Assembly (NCBI GenBank): GCA_963771465.1
Contig: CAVYTU010000017.1
Span: forward strand, 1,100,641 to 1,164,640
From: an uncultured delta proteobacterium
Lineage (GTDB): Bacteria > Desulfobacterota > Binatia > UBA9968
DNA length: 64,000 nt
Direction of reading: 5' to 3'
The position numbers and the translations under genes were made by a program. Every line of letters starts with the position of its first letter. The stretch's first letter is position 1. Positions 10,330 to 20,849 of the stretch are shown here, in pieces. The notes below the pieces were generated by a model. That model saw only the letters and a program-made list of their open reading frames with translations, searched no databases and was not told the DNA's origin.

Positions 10330-10705
10330 TGCGATTCCTCCTGAACGGTTAGACGCCAGACGTTACCCCGTGAGCGCTTCGAGATCAACAAATAAGACGA
10401 CTGGTTCGCGCCCGATTACATTGACTCAATATTTCAATTGGTATACCTAAGAGCGGGCTCCGGAACGAGTCCGGTTTATGGCTAATAGGGCACTATCCTC
10501 GCGGTTAGGAAAGCCAGTCTCAAAAGTACCTCTTCCATATGGACAATGCCGACTACCCAATAGCCGAAAGCGGTCAAAGACTATGGCGTGCGGCTAAGAA
10601 GCTGGAAAACCTTTACGTAGCCTGAAGCCGGCAATGCGGCCAACGTCTAAGTATTGAGGCTATAGCCGCGCTTTCACTATTAAAAAGAACCAGGCAACGG
10701 GGGAT

Positions 10706-11800
10706 TTGAACAAGGATATGATTCTGAGAAATTGGTTCCTAGCACTCAATCTAGCTATAGCTTTGCTCGCCCAGTCGGCGACCGCTGCCCAGCCGGCGGC
10801 GCCCAAAGCGGCCTTCGATGAAAAAGCGGTGGCGGACTTCTATCGGGGCAAGACCGTGAGAATCGTCGTCGGCTTCTCCGCCGGCGGCGGCTACGATCAA
10901 TATTCCCGCGTGATCGGCCGTCATCTGTCCAAACATATCCCTGGCAACCCCAACGTGCTGGTCGACAACATGCCCGGCGTCGGCAGCATCATCGCCGCCA
11001 ATCACCTCTATAACGCCGCTCCCAAAGACGGCACCGTGGTGGCAAACATCTCCGGTCCGATCGTTCTCGAGCAGCTGTTTGGCGCGCCGTCGGTACAGTT
11101 CGATATGGCGAAGTTTCGCTATCTCGCGGTGCCGGTGAGCGAAAGCTACCTGATGATTGTCCATAAGCGAACTGGCATCACGAGGTTCGACGACCTGCGC
11201 GGCGACAAGGGCAAACAGGTGACTTTCGGAGCTATTCCCGGTTCAACCGTCGAACACGCGCCGATCATGGTCAAGGAAGCGCTCAACCTTAATCTCAAAA
11301 TCGTTTCCGGCTACAAAGGGACGGCAGACGTTCGCTTGGCTCTCGATAGCGGCGAAGTCGATGGCTTCTTCAATACCTGGACATCGTCGAAAGTCACTTC
11401 AATCGACAAGGTGAAGAGCGGCGAGTGGGTGCTATTGGCACAGTTGACGGAAAAACCGATGAAGGACCTAATCGTGTCCAATGTCCCCACGATTCAGCAG
11501 ATCTCTCGCTCCGAGGAGCAGCGCATGCTGCTTAAGTTTGGCACGAGCACACCCAATGACTTCGGCAAGGTTTATGTTTTGCCGCCCGGTGTTCCAGTCG
11601 AGCGGGCCGCGGCGCTCGAAAGCGCGTTCGCGAAAGTATTCAAAGACAAGGAGCTGATCGCCGAGGCCGACAAAGGCCGGTTGGAAATCGATCCGCTGAT
11701 CGGCAACACGATAACCAAGCTCGTGACCGAATTCCTCGGCATGCCGAGCGATGTGAAGAATAAATTGCAAACTGTGCTTAAAACGCCGGTAAAGAGGTAA
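10706..11800 (+). CDS. Tripartite tricarboxylate transporter substrate-binding protein (TctC/Bug)
   Basis: FYRGKTVRIVVGFSAGGGYD, NMPG, PKDG, GYKG motifs. Confidence 0.85.
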   Translation: MNKDMILRNWFLALNLAIALLAQSATAAQPAAPKAAFDEKAVADFYRGKTVRIVVGFSAGGGYDQYSRVIGRHLSKHIPGNPNVLVDNMPGVGSIIAANHLYNAAPKDGTVVANISGPIVLEQLFGAPSVQFDMAKFRYLAVPVSESYLMIVHKRTGITRFDDLRGDKGKQVTFGAIPGSTVEHAPIMVKEALNLNLKIVSGYKGTADVRLALDSGEVDGFFNTWTSSKVTSIDKVKSGEWVLLAQLTEKPMKDLIVSNVPTIQQISRSEEQRMLLKFGTSTPNDFGKVYVLPPGVPVERAAALESAFAKVFKDKELIAEADKGRLEIDPLIGNTITKLVTEFLGMPSDVKNKLQTVLKTPVKR

Positions 11801-11844
11801 GGCATCTTCAAGAGTAACGTTGCAGTCGCAATAGGAGGTTCACG

Positions 11845-12858
11845 ATGATTCAAAGGATTCGATGGCTATTCGCGGCCCTTATCGTTCTTATGATTTTCGG
11901 GCCGTCAACGATTTCGGCGCAAACGGAAACAATCTTGGAACTTTACAAGAAAGCACTCAAAGAAGAAGGAGTGCTCAACTGCTATTGCTCCCTGGCGCAA
12001 ATCAATGCCGAGAAGATTTATCCGGTTTTTGAAAAGCGCTTTCCTGGAATCAAAATCAACCACGTAGACGCCACTTCGGACAAGCTGTCAGCGCGCGCCA
12101 TCACCGAAGCTAGAGGCGGCAAAACCATCGCAGACATAGTCGAATTCGGCCTGGAAGACATCAACAAGATTTACGAGCAGCAGCTTATCTTGGAAAAGGC
12201 TCCGCCAGAAGCGGCCGAATATCCGGCAAATCTGAAAGGATCGTACTGGGTTGCCAACAATCTGATCTTTTTCGTCGGCGCATGGAACACGGACAAGGTG
12301 AAAAAAGGCGAAGAGCCAAAATTTCTCGATGATTTCGGTGATCCGAGATGGAAAGGGCGGCTCATTGCTGAACCCAGGGACTACGAGATTCTCATCGGTC
12401 TCACCCATAAGCATAAGGACTTAGAGAAGGCCCGTGCCATCCTTGCGCGCATCGCTGCGAATAATGTTGAATTCCACAAAGGCCATTCGCAGCTCGCCGA
12501 GTTCTTAGTCGCGGGCCAAGCGGCGGCGTGTTTCACCTGCTATTCCCATCACTATCCCGAACGCAAAAGAAAAGGCGCGCCGGTAGATTTTATGCTCTCG
12601 GAAGGCGCGGCCGGCATCATCGCCGTCGCGGTGTTGAAAAATGCGCCTCATCCCAATACCGCGTGGCTCTTCGCTCGTTGGGCCGCCTCGGCGGACGGAC
12701 AGAAAGTTTATTCCGAGGGCGGCCGCACCCCCGCTCATCCAAAGGTTGAGCCCACGGAAAAAATTCGGCCCAAGGCGATTTACGCCGTCGGCGTCGAGGA
12801 TCTGAAGCAATATTCAAAGTATGAAAAAATTTGGAAAGAAGTTTTCAAGCTGAGATAG
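11845..12858 (+). CDS. ABC substrate-binding protein (AfuA/Fe3+-like family), paralog 1
   Basis: Signal peptide; DPRWKGRL, APHPN motifs; in an operon with permease and ATPase. Confidence 0.85.
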   Translation: MIQRIRWLFAALIVLMIFGPSTISAQTETILELYKKALKEEGVLNCYCSLAQINAEKIYPVFEKRFPGIKINHVDATSDKLSARAITEARGGKTIADIVEFGLEDINKIYEQQLILEKAPPEAAEYPANLKGSYWVANNLIFFVGAWNTDKVKKGEEPKFLDDFGDPRWKGRLIAEPRDYEILIGLTHKHKDLEKARAILARIAANNVEFHKGHSQLAEFLVAGQAAACFTCYSHHYPERKRKGAPVDFMLSEGAAGIIAVAVLKNAPHPNTAWLFARWAASADGQKVYSEGGRTPAHPKVEPTEKIRPKAIYAVGVEDLKQYSKYEKIWKEVFKLR

Positions 12859-12888
12859 CGGTTCCTATTACGACCAAAAGCGGAGGAA

Positions 12889-13899
12889 ATGATGAAAATT
12901 TTTGGCAAACTAACTTTCGGAGCAATCTTGTTAGCATTGACGACTGCGGCCAATGTCGGCGCGCAGTCGCTCGACGAGCTGCATAAGCTGGCGCTCAAAG
13001 AGGGCGGCGTGGTGAACTTCTACGCCACTCTGGCGCAGCTCAACGCCGAGAAAATATTACCGGTATTCGAGAAGCGTTTTCCCGGAATGAAAGTGAATCA
13101 TGTCGACGCGACGGCCGACAAGCTCGCCGCGCGGGCGATTACCGAAGCGCGCGGCGGGCGGGTAATTAGCGACCTGTTTCAGATGGCTCTGGAAAACGTT
13201 TTGCAGGTAAGCGAACAAAAACTCCTGGTCGATCGGTTGCCGCCGGAAGCGGCCGACTATCCGGCGACGCTCAAGTCGGCCAATTGGTTGGCCGCGGATC
13301 TGGTGATTATCATCGGTTCGTGGAACACGGGACTGGTCAAGAAAGAAGACGAACCCAAACAGTTCGACGATTTTGCCGATCCCAAATGGAAAGGCAAATT
13401 GATCGCCGAGGCGCGTGACGTGGAATTGCTGATCGGGTTGGCACGGCATAAATATAAAAACGATGAGAAAGCTTTCGACTTTCTGCGCAGGTTGGCGGCT
13501 AATAATATTGAGTTTCACAAAGGTCACTCGGAGCTTGCCGAGTTTCTCACCGCGGGCCAAGCCGCCGCCTGTGTGACCTGTTACGCGCACCACTATCCAC
13601 CGCGCATCAAGAAGGGCGCGCCGCTGAACTACATGCGCAACGAAGGCGTTGCGACCATCACTGCCAACGCGCTGGCCAAGGATGCGCCCCACCCCAACGC
13701 AGCCTGGCTTTTCTATCGCTGGTCGGCCAGCGAAGAAGGGCAGAAGGCTTATGCGGCCGGGGGACGCTTGCCGCCCCATCCGAAAGTAGAGCCGGTGGAG
13801 AAGATTCGACCGGCGACGATCTATCCGATCGGCACCGAAGAAATCAAAGAGTGGCGGCGCTATGAAAAGAGCTGGAAGGAGATATTCAAGCTGCGTTAG
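12889..13899 (+). CDS. ABC substrate-binding protein (AfuA/Fe3+-like family), paralog 2
   Basis: Clearly homologous to neighbours (FEKRFPG, HVDAT, EFHKGHS, APHPN). Confidence 0.85.
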   Translation: MMKIFGKLTFGAILLALTTAANVGAQSLDELHKLALKEGGVVNFYATLAQLNAEKILPVFEKRFPGMKVNHVDATADKLAARAITEARGGRVISDLFQMALENVLQVSEQKLLVDRLPPEAADYPATLKSANWLAADLVIIIGSWNTGLVKKEDEPKQFDDFADPKWKGKLIAEARDVELLIGLARHKYKNDEKAFDFLRRLAANNIEFHKGHSELAEFLTAGQAAACVTCYAHHYPPRIKKGAPLNYMRNEGVATITANALAKDAPHPNAAWLFYRWSASEEGQKAYAAGGRLPPHPKVEPVEKIRPATIYPIGTEEIKEWRRYEKSWKEIFKLR

Positions 13900-13979
13900 G
13901 AGCGGCTTGACTCCGTAATTGAAGCTGATATCACCGTTGCACCGGAGTTGCCGGCATAGATTTTCTGGAGGTTTCTTAG

Positions 13980-14993
13980 ATGTCTCGCGTTGTTTTACTA
14001 GTTTTCAGCACACTGATGATTGCCGGCATTATCGGTAGTTACGCGCCGGCGCGCGCCCAATCCCTCGACGAATTGCATAAGGCGGCGCTCAAGGAAGGCG
14101 GCGGGCTCAACTTCTACGGTACTCTGGCGCAGATCAATGCCGAGATCATCCTGCCGCTCTTCGAGAAGCGCTTCCCCGGCATCAAAGTCAATCATGTCGA
14201 TGCGACTTCGGACAAGCTGGTGGCGCGGGCCGTGAGTGAAGCGCGCGGTGGCAAGACCATCGGCGATGTCTTGCAAGTGCCGCTGGAAAACGTGGTTCAG
14301 CTCCACGATCAGGGATTGTTACTCGACGTGGCTTTGCCGGAATCGGCAGCGTATCCCGACGGATTAAAAGGCTCCTTCTGGACCTCCTCGGATTTGCAGT
14401 ATTTTGTCGCTGCGTGGAATACCTCGCTGGTCAAGAAAGAAGAGGAGCCCAAGACATTCGATGATTTCGTCAATCCGCGCTGGAAGAATCGCTTGATTGC
14501 CGAACCGCGCGACCTGGAGATGCTTCTATCCTTCGCCAAGTACCGCTTCAAGAGCGATGAAAAAGCGATCGACTATTGGAGGAAGGTTGCGGCGAACAAT
14601 GTCGAATTTCACAAGGGCCATTCACAACTAGCCGAGCTCCTGGTTGCCGGTCAAGCCGCCGTCTGTCTGACCTGCTACTCGCACCACTATCCGATTCGCA
14701 TCAAGAAGGGCGCGCCGGTAAATTACATGCTGAGCGAAGGCGTCGCGTCGATTAATGGCACGGCGGTGTTTAAGAATTCGCCGCACCCGAATACGGCGTT
14801 GCTGTTCGCGCGTTGGGTGGCGAGCGAGGCAGGGCAGAAAGTGATGGCTCAGGGCGGGCGCAACCCGGCCCATCCCAAGGTCGATCCGGTCGATAAGACC
14901 AAGACGGAGAAAACCTACTTTATTACGGCAGCCGATCTAAAAGAGTTTCCCAAGTACGAGAAAATTTGGAAAGAAATTTTTAAGTTACGTTGA
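13980..14993 (+). CDS. ABC substrate-binding protein (AfuA/Fe3+-like family), paralog 3
   Basis: Same shared motifs; ends KEIFKLR. Confidence 0.85.
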   Translation: MSRVVLLVFSTLMIAGIIGSYAPARAQSLDELHKAALKEGGGLNFYGTLAQINAEIILPLFEKRFPGIKVNHVDATSDKLVARAVSEARGGKTIGDVLQVPLENVVQLHDQGLLLDVALPESAAYPDGLKGSFWTSSDLQYFVAAWNTSLVKKEEEPKTFDDFVNPRWKNRLIAEPRDLEMLLSFAKYRFKSDEKAIDYWRKVAANNVEFHKGHSQLAELLVAGQAAVCLTCYSHHYPIRIKKGAPVNYMLSEGVASINGTAVFKNSPHPNTALLFARWVASEAGQKVMAQGGRNPAHPKVDPVDKTKTEKTYFITAADLKEFPKYEKIWKEIFKLR

Positions 14994-15034
14994 GTCGTGA
15001 TTAGTTCAGGACCGCAAAGCCTTATCGTAGCCCC

Positions 15035-16765
15035 ATGGCCACAGCGACAATAGCTAGAGACGCGAGCCCGAGCACGTCAAAATTCGCAGATCCGGCGCTG
15101 CTGGTGCCGATCGTTGGCGCTGGCGTACTGATCTATCTAGCGGTGCTGCCGTTGTTTATGCTCTTGATTGGCAGCTTCCAGGCAGAAGTGGGGCCGCGGG
15201 AGTTCGTCTACACGCTGAAGAACTACCAAAACGCCTACGCCAGCGAACACACCTATTCGACATTCATGAACTCGCTCATTTTCGCGTCGGGTTCAGCGGT
15301 GATGACGTTTCTTTTTGGGACGATGTTGGCTTGGCTTACCGAACGCACCAATACGCCTTGGCGGAGCTTATTCGTACCCGTTGCCGTCGTGCCGTTGATT
15401 CTTCCCGGCGTGTTGGAGTCGATTGCCTGGATTTTTCTGCTCAGTCCCAAGTTTGGTTATCTCAACGTCTGGTTGATGCAGTTGTTCGGCATCCAGTCGC
15501 CGCCGTTCAATGTCTTTTCTCTGCCCGGCATGATCTGGGTGCATTCGGTGGGGCAGGTGCCGTTGGCCTTCTTAATAATGACGGCGGCTTTCAAATCGAT
15601 GGACCCTTCGCTGGAAGAGTCGGCGATGATGTCCGGGGCCAATACTTGGCAGACTTTTAAGCGTGTGACCTTGCGCTTGCTGATGCCGACAGCCGGTTCC
15701 GTCATGCTCATATTATTCGTCCGAACTCTCGAATCGTTCGAGACCCCGGCATTGATCGGTATTCCGGCGCGCATTTACGTCTATACCAGTGAAATCTTTC
15801 TCGCCTTCAATGAATATCCGCCCGACTACGGCCGCGGCGGCGCGCTTGCCGTCGGCTTGCTGCTGCTGAGCGCCGTCGGCGTGTGGCTCTACACGCGGGC
15901 GACCAAAGAAGGCAAAAAATTTCAAACTGTAACGGGAAAAGCGTTTCGCCCGCGGCAGTTCGATCTCGGTCCTTGGCGGTGGGTGGGTTTTTCTTTTCTC
16001 ATGGTCTATTTCATTTTCGTGGTTCTACTGCCGTTCTTGGTTCTTTTCTGGGCGTCGTTTCTGCCATTTTTCGCGGCGCCGAGCTGGTCCGCGCTCGATA
16101 AGCTGAGCTTGGACAATTACCGTTACTTGTCGACCTTCCGGCCATTTTGGGAGGCGATGAAAAATAGCATCATATTGGCGACGTTCACCGCGACCATAGC
16201 GATGGTTCTGACATCGCTGGTCGCCTGGATCGTCTACAAGAGCAAACTGCGCGGCGCGTGGATACTCGACTTTCTCGCCTTCGTGCCGATCACGATCCCC
16301 GGTATCGTCATGGGTATGGCACTTATCCTCTTGTACGTTGCTTTCCCGGTTCCGATCTACGGTACGATTTGGATGCTCTTGATCGCTTACGTGACGCGCT
16401 TCATTCCCTACGGCATGCGTTCATCATCCGGATCTATTTTACAAATTCACAGCGAGCTCGAAGAAGCGGCTGCGGCTTCCGGTGCTTCGTGGTGGGAAAC
16501 GTTCAAACGAGTGACTCTGCCGCTGCTTCGTCCTGGTTTCGTCGCCGGCTGGATTTATATCTGCATCGTGTCGTTCAGAGAGTTTTCCACCTCCGTCCTG
16601 CTCGCCACCGGCGAAAGCCGCGTGCTGTCGATTTTGCTTTTCACCATGTTCGAGCAAGGCCAAGTGACCATTGTGGCGGCAATCGGCATCTTAATGATCG
16701 TCACATTGCTGAGCGTGGTGGGAATATTCTATAAACTCACTGGCAAAGTGGGCATACAAACATAA
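15035..16765 (+). CDS. ABC transporter permease (FbpB-like, two fused domains)
   Basis: Two EAA loops (LEESAMMSGA, LEEAAAASGA); many TM helices. Confidence 0.9.
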   Translation: MATATIARDASPSTSKFADPALLVPIVGAGVLIYLAVLPLFMLLIGSFQAEVGPREFVYTLKNYQNAYASEHTYSTFMNSLIFASGSAVMTFLFGTMLAWLTERTNTPWRSLFVPVAVVPLILPGVLESIAWIFLLSPKFGYLNVWLMQLFGIQSPPFNVFSLPGMIWVHSVGQVPLAFLIMTAAFKSMDPSLEESAMMSGANTWQTFKRVTLRLLMPTAGSVMLILFVRTLESFETPALIGIPARIYVYTSEIFLAFNEYPPDYGRGGALAVGLLLLSAVGVWLYTRATKEGKKFQTVTGKAFRPRQFDLGPWRWVGFSFLMVYFIFVVLLPFLVLFWASFLPFFAAPSWSALDKLSLDNYRYLSTFRPFWEAMKNSIILATFTATIAMVLTSLVAWIVYKSKLRGAWILDFLAFVPITIPGIVMGMALILLYVAFPVPIYGTIWMLLIAYVTRFIPYGMRSSSGSILQIHSELEEAAAASGASWWETFKRVTLPLLRPGFVAGWIYICIVSFREFSTSVLLATGESRVLSILLFTMFEQGQVTIVAAIGILMIVTLLSVVGIFYKLTGKVGIQT

Positions 16766-16771
16766 AAGAAC

Positions 16772-16849
16772 GGTTCAAATCGTTCAAACCGTTCAAGCCG
16801 TTCAACGTTAACTCTTTGAACGGAGCGAAGCGGTTGAACGGTTTGAACC
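16772..16849. repeat. REP-like intergenic element (GTTCAA units, 9-bp period, inverted)
   Basis: GTTCAA at 16773, 16782, 16791 and 16800; TTGAAC at 16816, 16834 and 16843. Confidence 0.8.
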
Positions 16850-16859
16850 AAGAGAAAAT

Positions 16860-17963
16860 ATGATCGAAGTTAAGTCACTGGTTAAAATCTACGAAGACGG
16901 CTCAAATGCCGGCGTGACGGCCGTCAATGAAATTTCCTTTACGGTTGAAGAGGGACGATTCTATACCTTGCTCGGCCCTTCGGGTTGCGGCAAGACAACC
17001 ACGCTGCGCTGCATCGCCGGGTTGGAGAAGGCCAATGGTGGCGAGATCCTCGTCGCGGGAAACAAAGTCTATTCGGCGCACGATAACACTTACGTTCCGG
17101 CGTACCGCCGGCCCATCGGTATGGTGTTTCAAAGCTACGCGATTTGGCCGCATCTTACCGTATTCGAAAACGTCGCCTTTCCGCTGCGCGTGGGGAAACA
17201 GAAAGTCAGTAACGCCGACGTTAAAAAGAAAGTTTCCACGGCTCTCGAACAGGTTGAATTAGCCGGCTATGAAGAACGGATGGCGACTCAACTATCAGGC
17301 GGGCAGCAGCAGCGCCTTGCGCTCGCCCGCGCGTTGGTGCGCGAGCCGCTGGTGCTGTTGCTCGACGAGCCGCTCAGCAACCTCGACGCCAAGCTGCGCG
17401 AGCGCATGCGCTTCGAGCTCCGTGAACTACAGCGCCGCCTGCGCATCACGACGTTGTACGTAACCCACGATCAGATCGAAGCGCTGTCGATGTCCAACGT
17501 CATCGCCGTCATGAACTCCGGCGTGATCGTTCAGGAGGGCGCTCCGCGGGATATCTATTTGCAACCGAAGACCAAGTTCGTCGCCAATTTCATCGGCTCG
17601 ACCAACCAGATGACCGGCCAGGTGACCAAGCTGGAAGGAAACGGCACAGCGACGGTTCGCACCGACGACGGCGAGATCTCTTGCGGCATCCTTGATGGCT
17701 TGACTGCCGGCAGCAAGGTGGTTGTCGTGGTGCGACCTGAGAGTATTAACCTGCACCAGCAGCAGCCAACCAACGGTTCGAACGTTATCGCGGGTAAAAT
17801 CGGCGCCGCCATGTTTTTGGGTGAATACGTCGACTGCACGATTGAACTCGGCAATAACATTCTGCAGACCCATCAGCGCTACACCTTGCAAGTGCGCCGC
17901 GGCGACCCGGTTTGGGTAGAGTTGCCGGCGGGCGAATGCATGGCGCTGCCCGCGGAACAGTGA
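16860..17963 (+). CDS. ABC transporter ATP-binding protein with TOBE domain
   Basis: GPSGCGKT, LSGGQQQR, LLLDEP. Confidence 0.95.
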   Translation: MIEVKSLVKIYEDGSNAGVTAVNEISFTVEEGRFYTLLGPSGCGKTTTLRCIAGLEKANGGEILVAGNKVYSAHDNTYVPAYRRPIGMVFQSYAIWPHLTVFENVAFPLRVGKQKVSNADVKKKVSTALEQVELAGYEERMATQLSGGQQQRLALARALVREPLVLLLDEPLSNLDAKLRERMRFELRELQRRLRITTLYVTHDQIEALSMSNVIAVMNSGVIVQEGAPRDIYLQPKTKFVANFIGSTNQMTGQVTKLEGNGTATVRTDDGEISCGILDGLTAGSKVVVVVRPESINLHQQQPTNGSNVIAGKIGAAMFLGEYVDCTIELGNNILQTHQRYTLQVRRGDPVWVELPAGECMALPAEQ

Positions 17964-18091
17964 TCAAGACCGGCGCGCCGTTCCGCTAGTCCGAAACGCT
18001 TTTCTCGCCTTGTTGATTCATTGATCGCTGTTGAGTTAAATCAAGATACAGTTGCATCCGCTCGCTGTGTGAGGGATTCGAAGCAGGAGGT

Positions 18092-19093
18092 TTGTTGGGC
18101 ATGGTAAACCGAAGCAGCATTGGATTGTCGCTTTTAATCCTATTGTCTTTCGGAAGTTACACTCCCAGCGCCGCCCAGGAGCGCGTCAAGATCGCCTACA
18201 GCTCGGCCGACGCGTCCAACGTCGTATGGTTCACCGCCTTGGATGGCGGCATTTATCGGAAGCACGGTTTGGACGTCGAACTCATCTTCATCCAAAGCTC
18301 GACCATGAGCGTCTCCACGTTGGTTTCGGGCGATATTCAGATTGCTAACAGCTCGGGTGGCGCGGTGGCGAGTGCCGTCGTTGCTGGGGCCAATTTGGTG
18401 ATGACCGCCTGCTACATCAATACGCTGCCCTACGAACTGGTGGTTCAGGAGTCGGTCAAATCGATCGAAGACTTGAAAGGCAAAAGCGTTGGCATCAGCC
18501 GCGTGGGAAGCGCCTCGGATGTGGCGGCACGGGTACTGATCAAAGGGTTGGGTTTGGAGCCGGTGAAGGACGTGCCGATCATGCAGGTGGGCGGTCCGTC
18601 GGAGCGGGCGGCGGCGTTTAGGACGGGTAAAATCGTCGGCTTTCCGTCACCGCCCGGAACAATTCACCTTGCCAAAGGCATGCCCCATCGGATCATGATC
18701 AGCACGGCGGATTTTCAAAAGCGTTTCGATTTTCCGTATATTTGCTCGACGACCACAAAAAGCTATCTGGCGAGCAACCGGGAAACCATGAGAAAGCTCA
18801 CGATGGCGCTCGTTGAAGCGACGCATTTTCTGAAGACCCGCAAGCAAGAGACCATGAAATTCATCGCCAAGTACACGCGTCAGAACAATCCGCAGTTCTT
18901 AGAGTCATCCTGGGCCGCCAACGTAAAGTTGCATGATCGCGTTCCATTGGTTACCCGGGAAGGAACTGAGGTCCAGATCAAAGAGGCGCTGGCGCGAAAG
19001 CCCGGCGCTACTTTGCGCGTCGAGGATATCGTCGACGATAGTATTGTCAGAGAACTCGAAAAGAGCGGCTTCATCGACAAGGTTTACAAGTAA
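18092..19093 (+). CDS. ABC transporter substrate-binding protein (NMT1/SsuA-like)
   Basis: LKGKSVGISRVGSASD; ELEKSGFIDKVY. Confidence 0.85.
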   Translation: MLGMVNRSSIGLSLLILLSFGSYTPSAAQERVKIAYSSADASNVVWFTALDGGIYRKHGLDVELIFIQSSTMSVSTLVSGDIQIANSSGGAVASAVVAGANLVMTACYINTLPYELVVQESVKSIEDLKGKSVGISRVGSASDVAARVLIKGLGLEPVKDVPIMQVGGPSERAAAFRTGKIVGFPSPPGTIHLAKGMPHRIMISTADFQKRFDFPYICSTTTKSYLASNRETMRKLTMALVEATHFLKTRKQETMKFIAKYTRQNNPQFLESSWAANVKLHDRVPLVTREGTEVQIKEALARKPGATLRVEDIVDDSIVRELEKSGFIDKVYK

Positions 19094-19117
19094 GCGCGTC
19101 GTTGAGGCCCGCAGCCA

Positions 19118-19708
19118 ATGATCAGCGCAGTGATTCTTTCCGCCGGTGAGTCGAGCCGCATGGGACGGCCTAAAGCGCTGCTGCCGATCGACGGCCAGAC
19201 TTTCATTGAGAAAATCGTCGGCGCGCTGAAAGGCGCTCAAATCGGCAAAGTGATCGTCATCCTCGGTCATGATGCCGAGGAAATGCGCCGGCGCATCGAA
19301 CATCTTCCGGTCGAGTTTCTGGTTAATCCGGACTATAAACTCGGTCAGTTGTCATCGCTGCAAGTCGCCGTGCGGCATTTAGAGAACACGGCCGACTGCG
19401 ACGGCATGCTCGTCCATCTCGTCGACCATCCGTACATCGATGCAAAACTTGTCAAGGTTATGATCGAGCGTTTTTACGACGGTGGTAAGCTCATCGTCGT
19501 CCCGCGCCACGGGAATAAGCGCGGCCATCCGGTGATTTTCTCGCGCAAGCTCTTCGCAGAACTGCTCGCCGCGCCGATGGATCAAGGCGCCAAGGCCGTT
19601 GTCAACGCGCACCGCAACGAGACTTTGGAAGTTGACACCCAGGATTCTGGAGTCAACGTCGATATCGACACGCCGGAACTTTACCGGCAGCATGTTAAAG
19701 GAGAATAG
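19118..19708 (+). CDS. mocA: Molybdenum cofactor cytidylyltransferase-like nucleotidyltransferase
   Basis: LSAGESSRMGRPKALL, GHPV, DIDT; xanthine-dehydrogenase-family operons elsewhere in the window. Confidence 0.75.
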   Translation: MISAVILSAGESSRMGRPKALLPIDGQTFIEKIVGALKGAQIGKVIVILGHDAEEMRRRIEHLPVEFLVNPDYKLGQLSSLQVAVRHLENTADCDGMLVHLVDHPYIDAKLVKVMIERFYDGGKLIVVPRHGNKRGHPVIFSRKLFAELLAAPMDQGAKAVVNAHRNETLEVDTQDSGVNVDIDTPELYRQHVKGE

Positions 19709-20680
19709 ATGTCCAAGCTCAAACTCACTCTGGCCTGTGGCGATTACGACTTCTTGCGGCCCCTCATCAATGGCGAAATCCAACCCCAGGGAATCGAATT
19801 GAATGTCCTGACCATGCCGTCGCCGGAACGCCATGGACGCATGCTCAAGCATGAGGAATTCGATGTCTGCGAGCTGTCGTTGGTGGGCTATTTAGTTTCG
19901 CGTGATAAAGGCTGCGGCTACAACGCAATCCCGGTTTTTCCGCACCGCCGCTTCCGCCACCAGTACATGGTGAAGCGCACCGGTTGCGGCATCGAAAAGC
20001 CATCGGATTTGAACGGCAAGCGGGTGGCGCTGGACACACTGCAAAATTCAGCCGGCCTGTGGATGCGCGGCATTCTTCAGGATCATTACAACGTCGATCT
20101 GAAAACCATCGAATGGTGGTGCCAGGAAGAAGAGGATATTCCCTTCGAGCCGGCGAGTTGGATGAACGTGAAGCGGGTGGCGCACGGCAAAAATGTCGAT
20201 CAGATGTTGTTGGACGGCGAGTTGGAAGCAGCGTTGTATCCCGAGACTTTGCCGTCAATCCGCTCCGGCGATCCGAAGCTTGCTTTGCTATTTCCCGATC
20301 CCAAGAAAGCCGAGATGGACTACTACAAGAACGGCGGCCACTTCCCGATCATGCACACCGTGGTGGTGAAAAATCCTATCTTGGAAAAACATCCTTGGGT
20401 TGGCATCAGCTTGGTGCAGGCCTTCGAGAAAGCCAAGCAAATCTGCTACGCGCGCAATAGCGACCCGCGCAGTTTCGCTCTAGTCTGGGTGCAAGATTTG
20501 CTGCGCGAACAAAAAGAAATTTTCGGCGCCGATCCTTGGCCGTACAATGTGGACGACAATCGCAAACCGTTAGAAGCCGTGATTCGCTACGAGTTCGAGC
20601 AGGGGATGATCAAGAAAAAGCCCAAGGTCGAAGAGTTGTTCTTTGCGCCAAGTCTGGAGCGCATCCAGCACTACGTGTAA
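19709..20680 (+). CDS. 4,5-dihydroxyphthalate decarboxylase-like protein
   Basis: LTLACGDYD, FDVCELS, PVFPHRRFRH, FPIMH, DPWPY motifs. Confidence 0.75.
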   Translation: MSKLKLTLACGDYDFLRPLINGEIQPQGIELNVLTMPSPERHGRMLKHEEFDVCELSLVGYLVSRDKGCGYNAIPVFPHRRFRHQYMVKRTGCGIEKPSDLNGKRVALDTLQNSAGLWMRGILQDHYNVDLKTIEWWCQEEEDIPFEPASWMNVKRVAHGKNVDQMLLDGELEAALYPETLPSIRSGDPKLALLFPDPKKAEMDYYKNGGHFPIMHTVVVKNPILEKHPWVGISLVQAFEKAKQICYARNSDPRSFALVWVQDLLREQKEIFGADPWPYNVDDNRKPLEAVIRYEFEQGMIKKKPKVEELFFAPSLERIQHYV

Positions 20681-20738
20681 GCGCTTCGCGGTTTTGTTCA
20701 AATCCATATCGGACGTTGCGAATTTCAATTTCTCCTTC

Positions 20739-20824
20739 CGTCATACCGGCGAAAGTCGGTATCCAGTATTTTTAGTGGCTTGAATTATGTGCAGCCCTGG
20801 ATGCCGGTTTTCACCGGCGTGACG
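20739..20824. repeat. Palindromic REP/RPE-like element
   Basis: CGTCATACCGGCGAAAGTCGGTATCCAG ... CTGGATGCCGGTTTTCACCGGCGTGACG: an inverted pair, each arm a hairpin. Confidence 0.75.
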
Positions 20825-20849
20825 AGTGGTTTTATCTCTGCGGTGCGTG

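Noticed and set aside
10330-10705. Riboswitch or ncRNA in the long divergent intergenic region
   Set aside because: No recognisable aptamer consensus or convincing ORF by eye; needs an Rfam scan.
11845-14993. c-type heme motif in the SBPs
   Set aside because: The motif is CxxCY, not CxxCH.
16772-16849. CRISPR array
   Set aside because: Units are 9 bp with no unique spacers and there are no cas genes; I saw no CRISPR array anywhere in the window.
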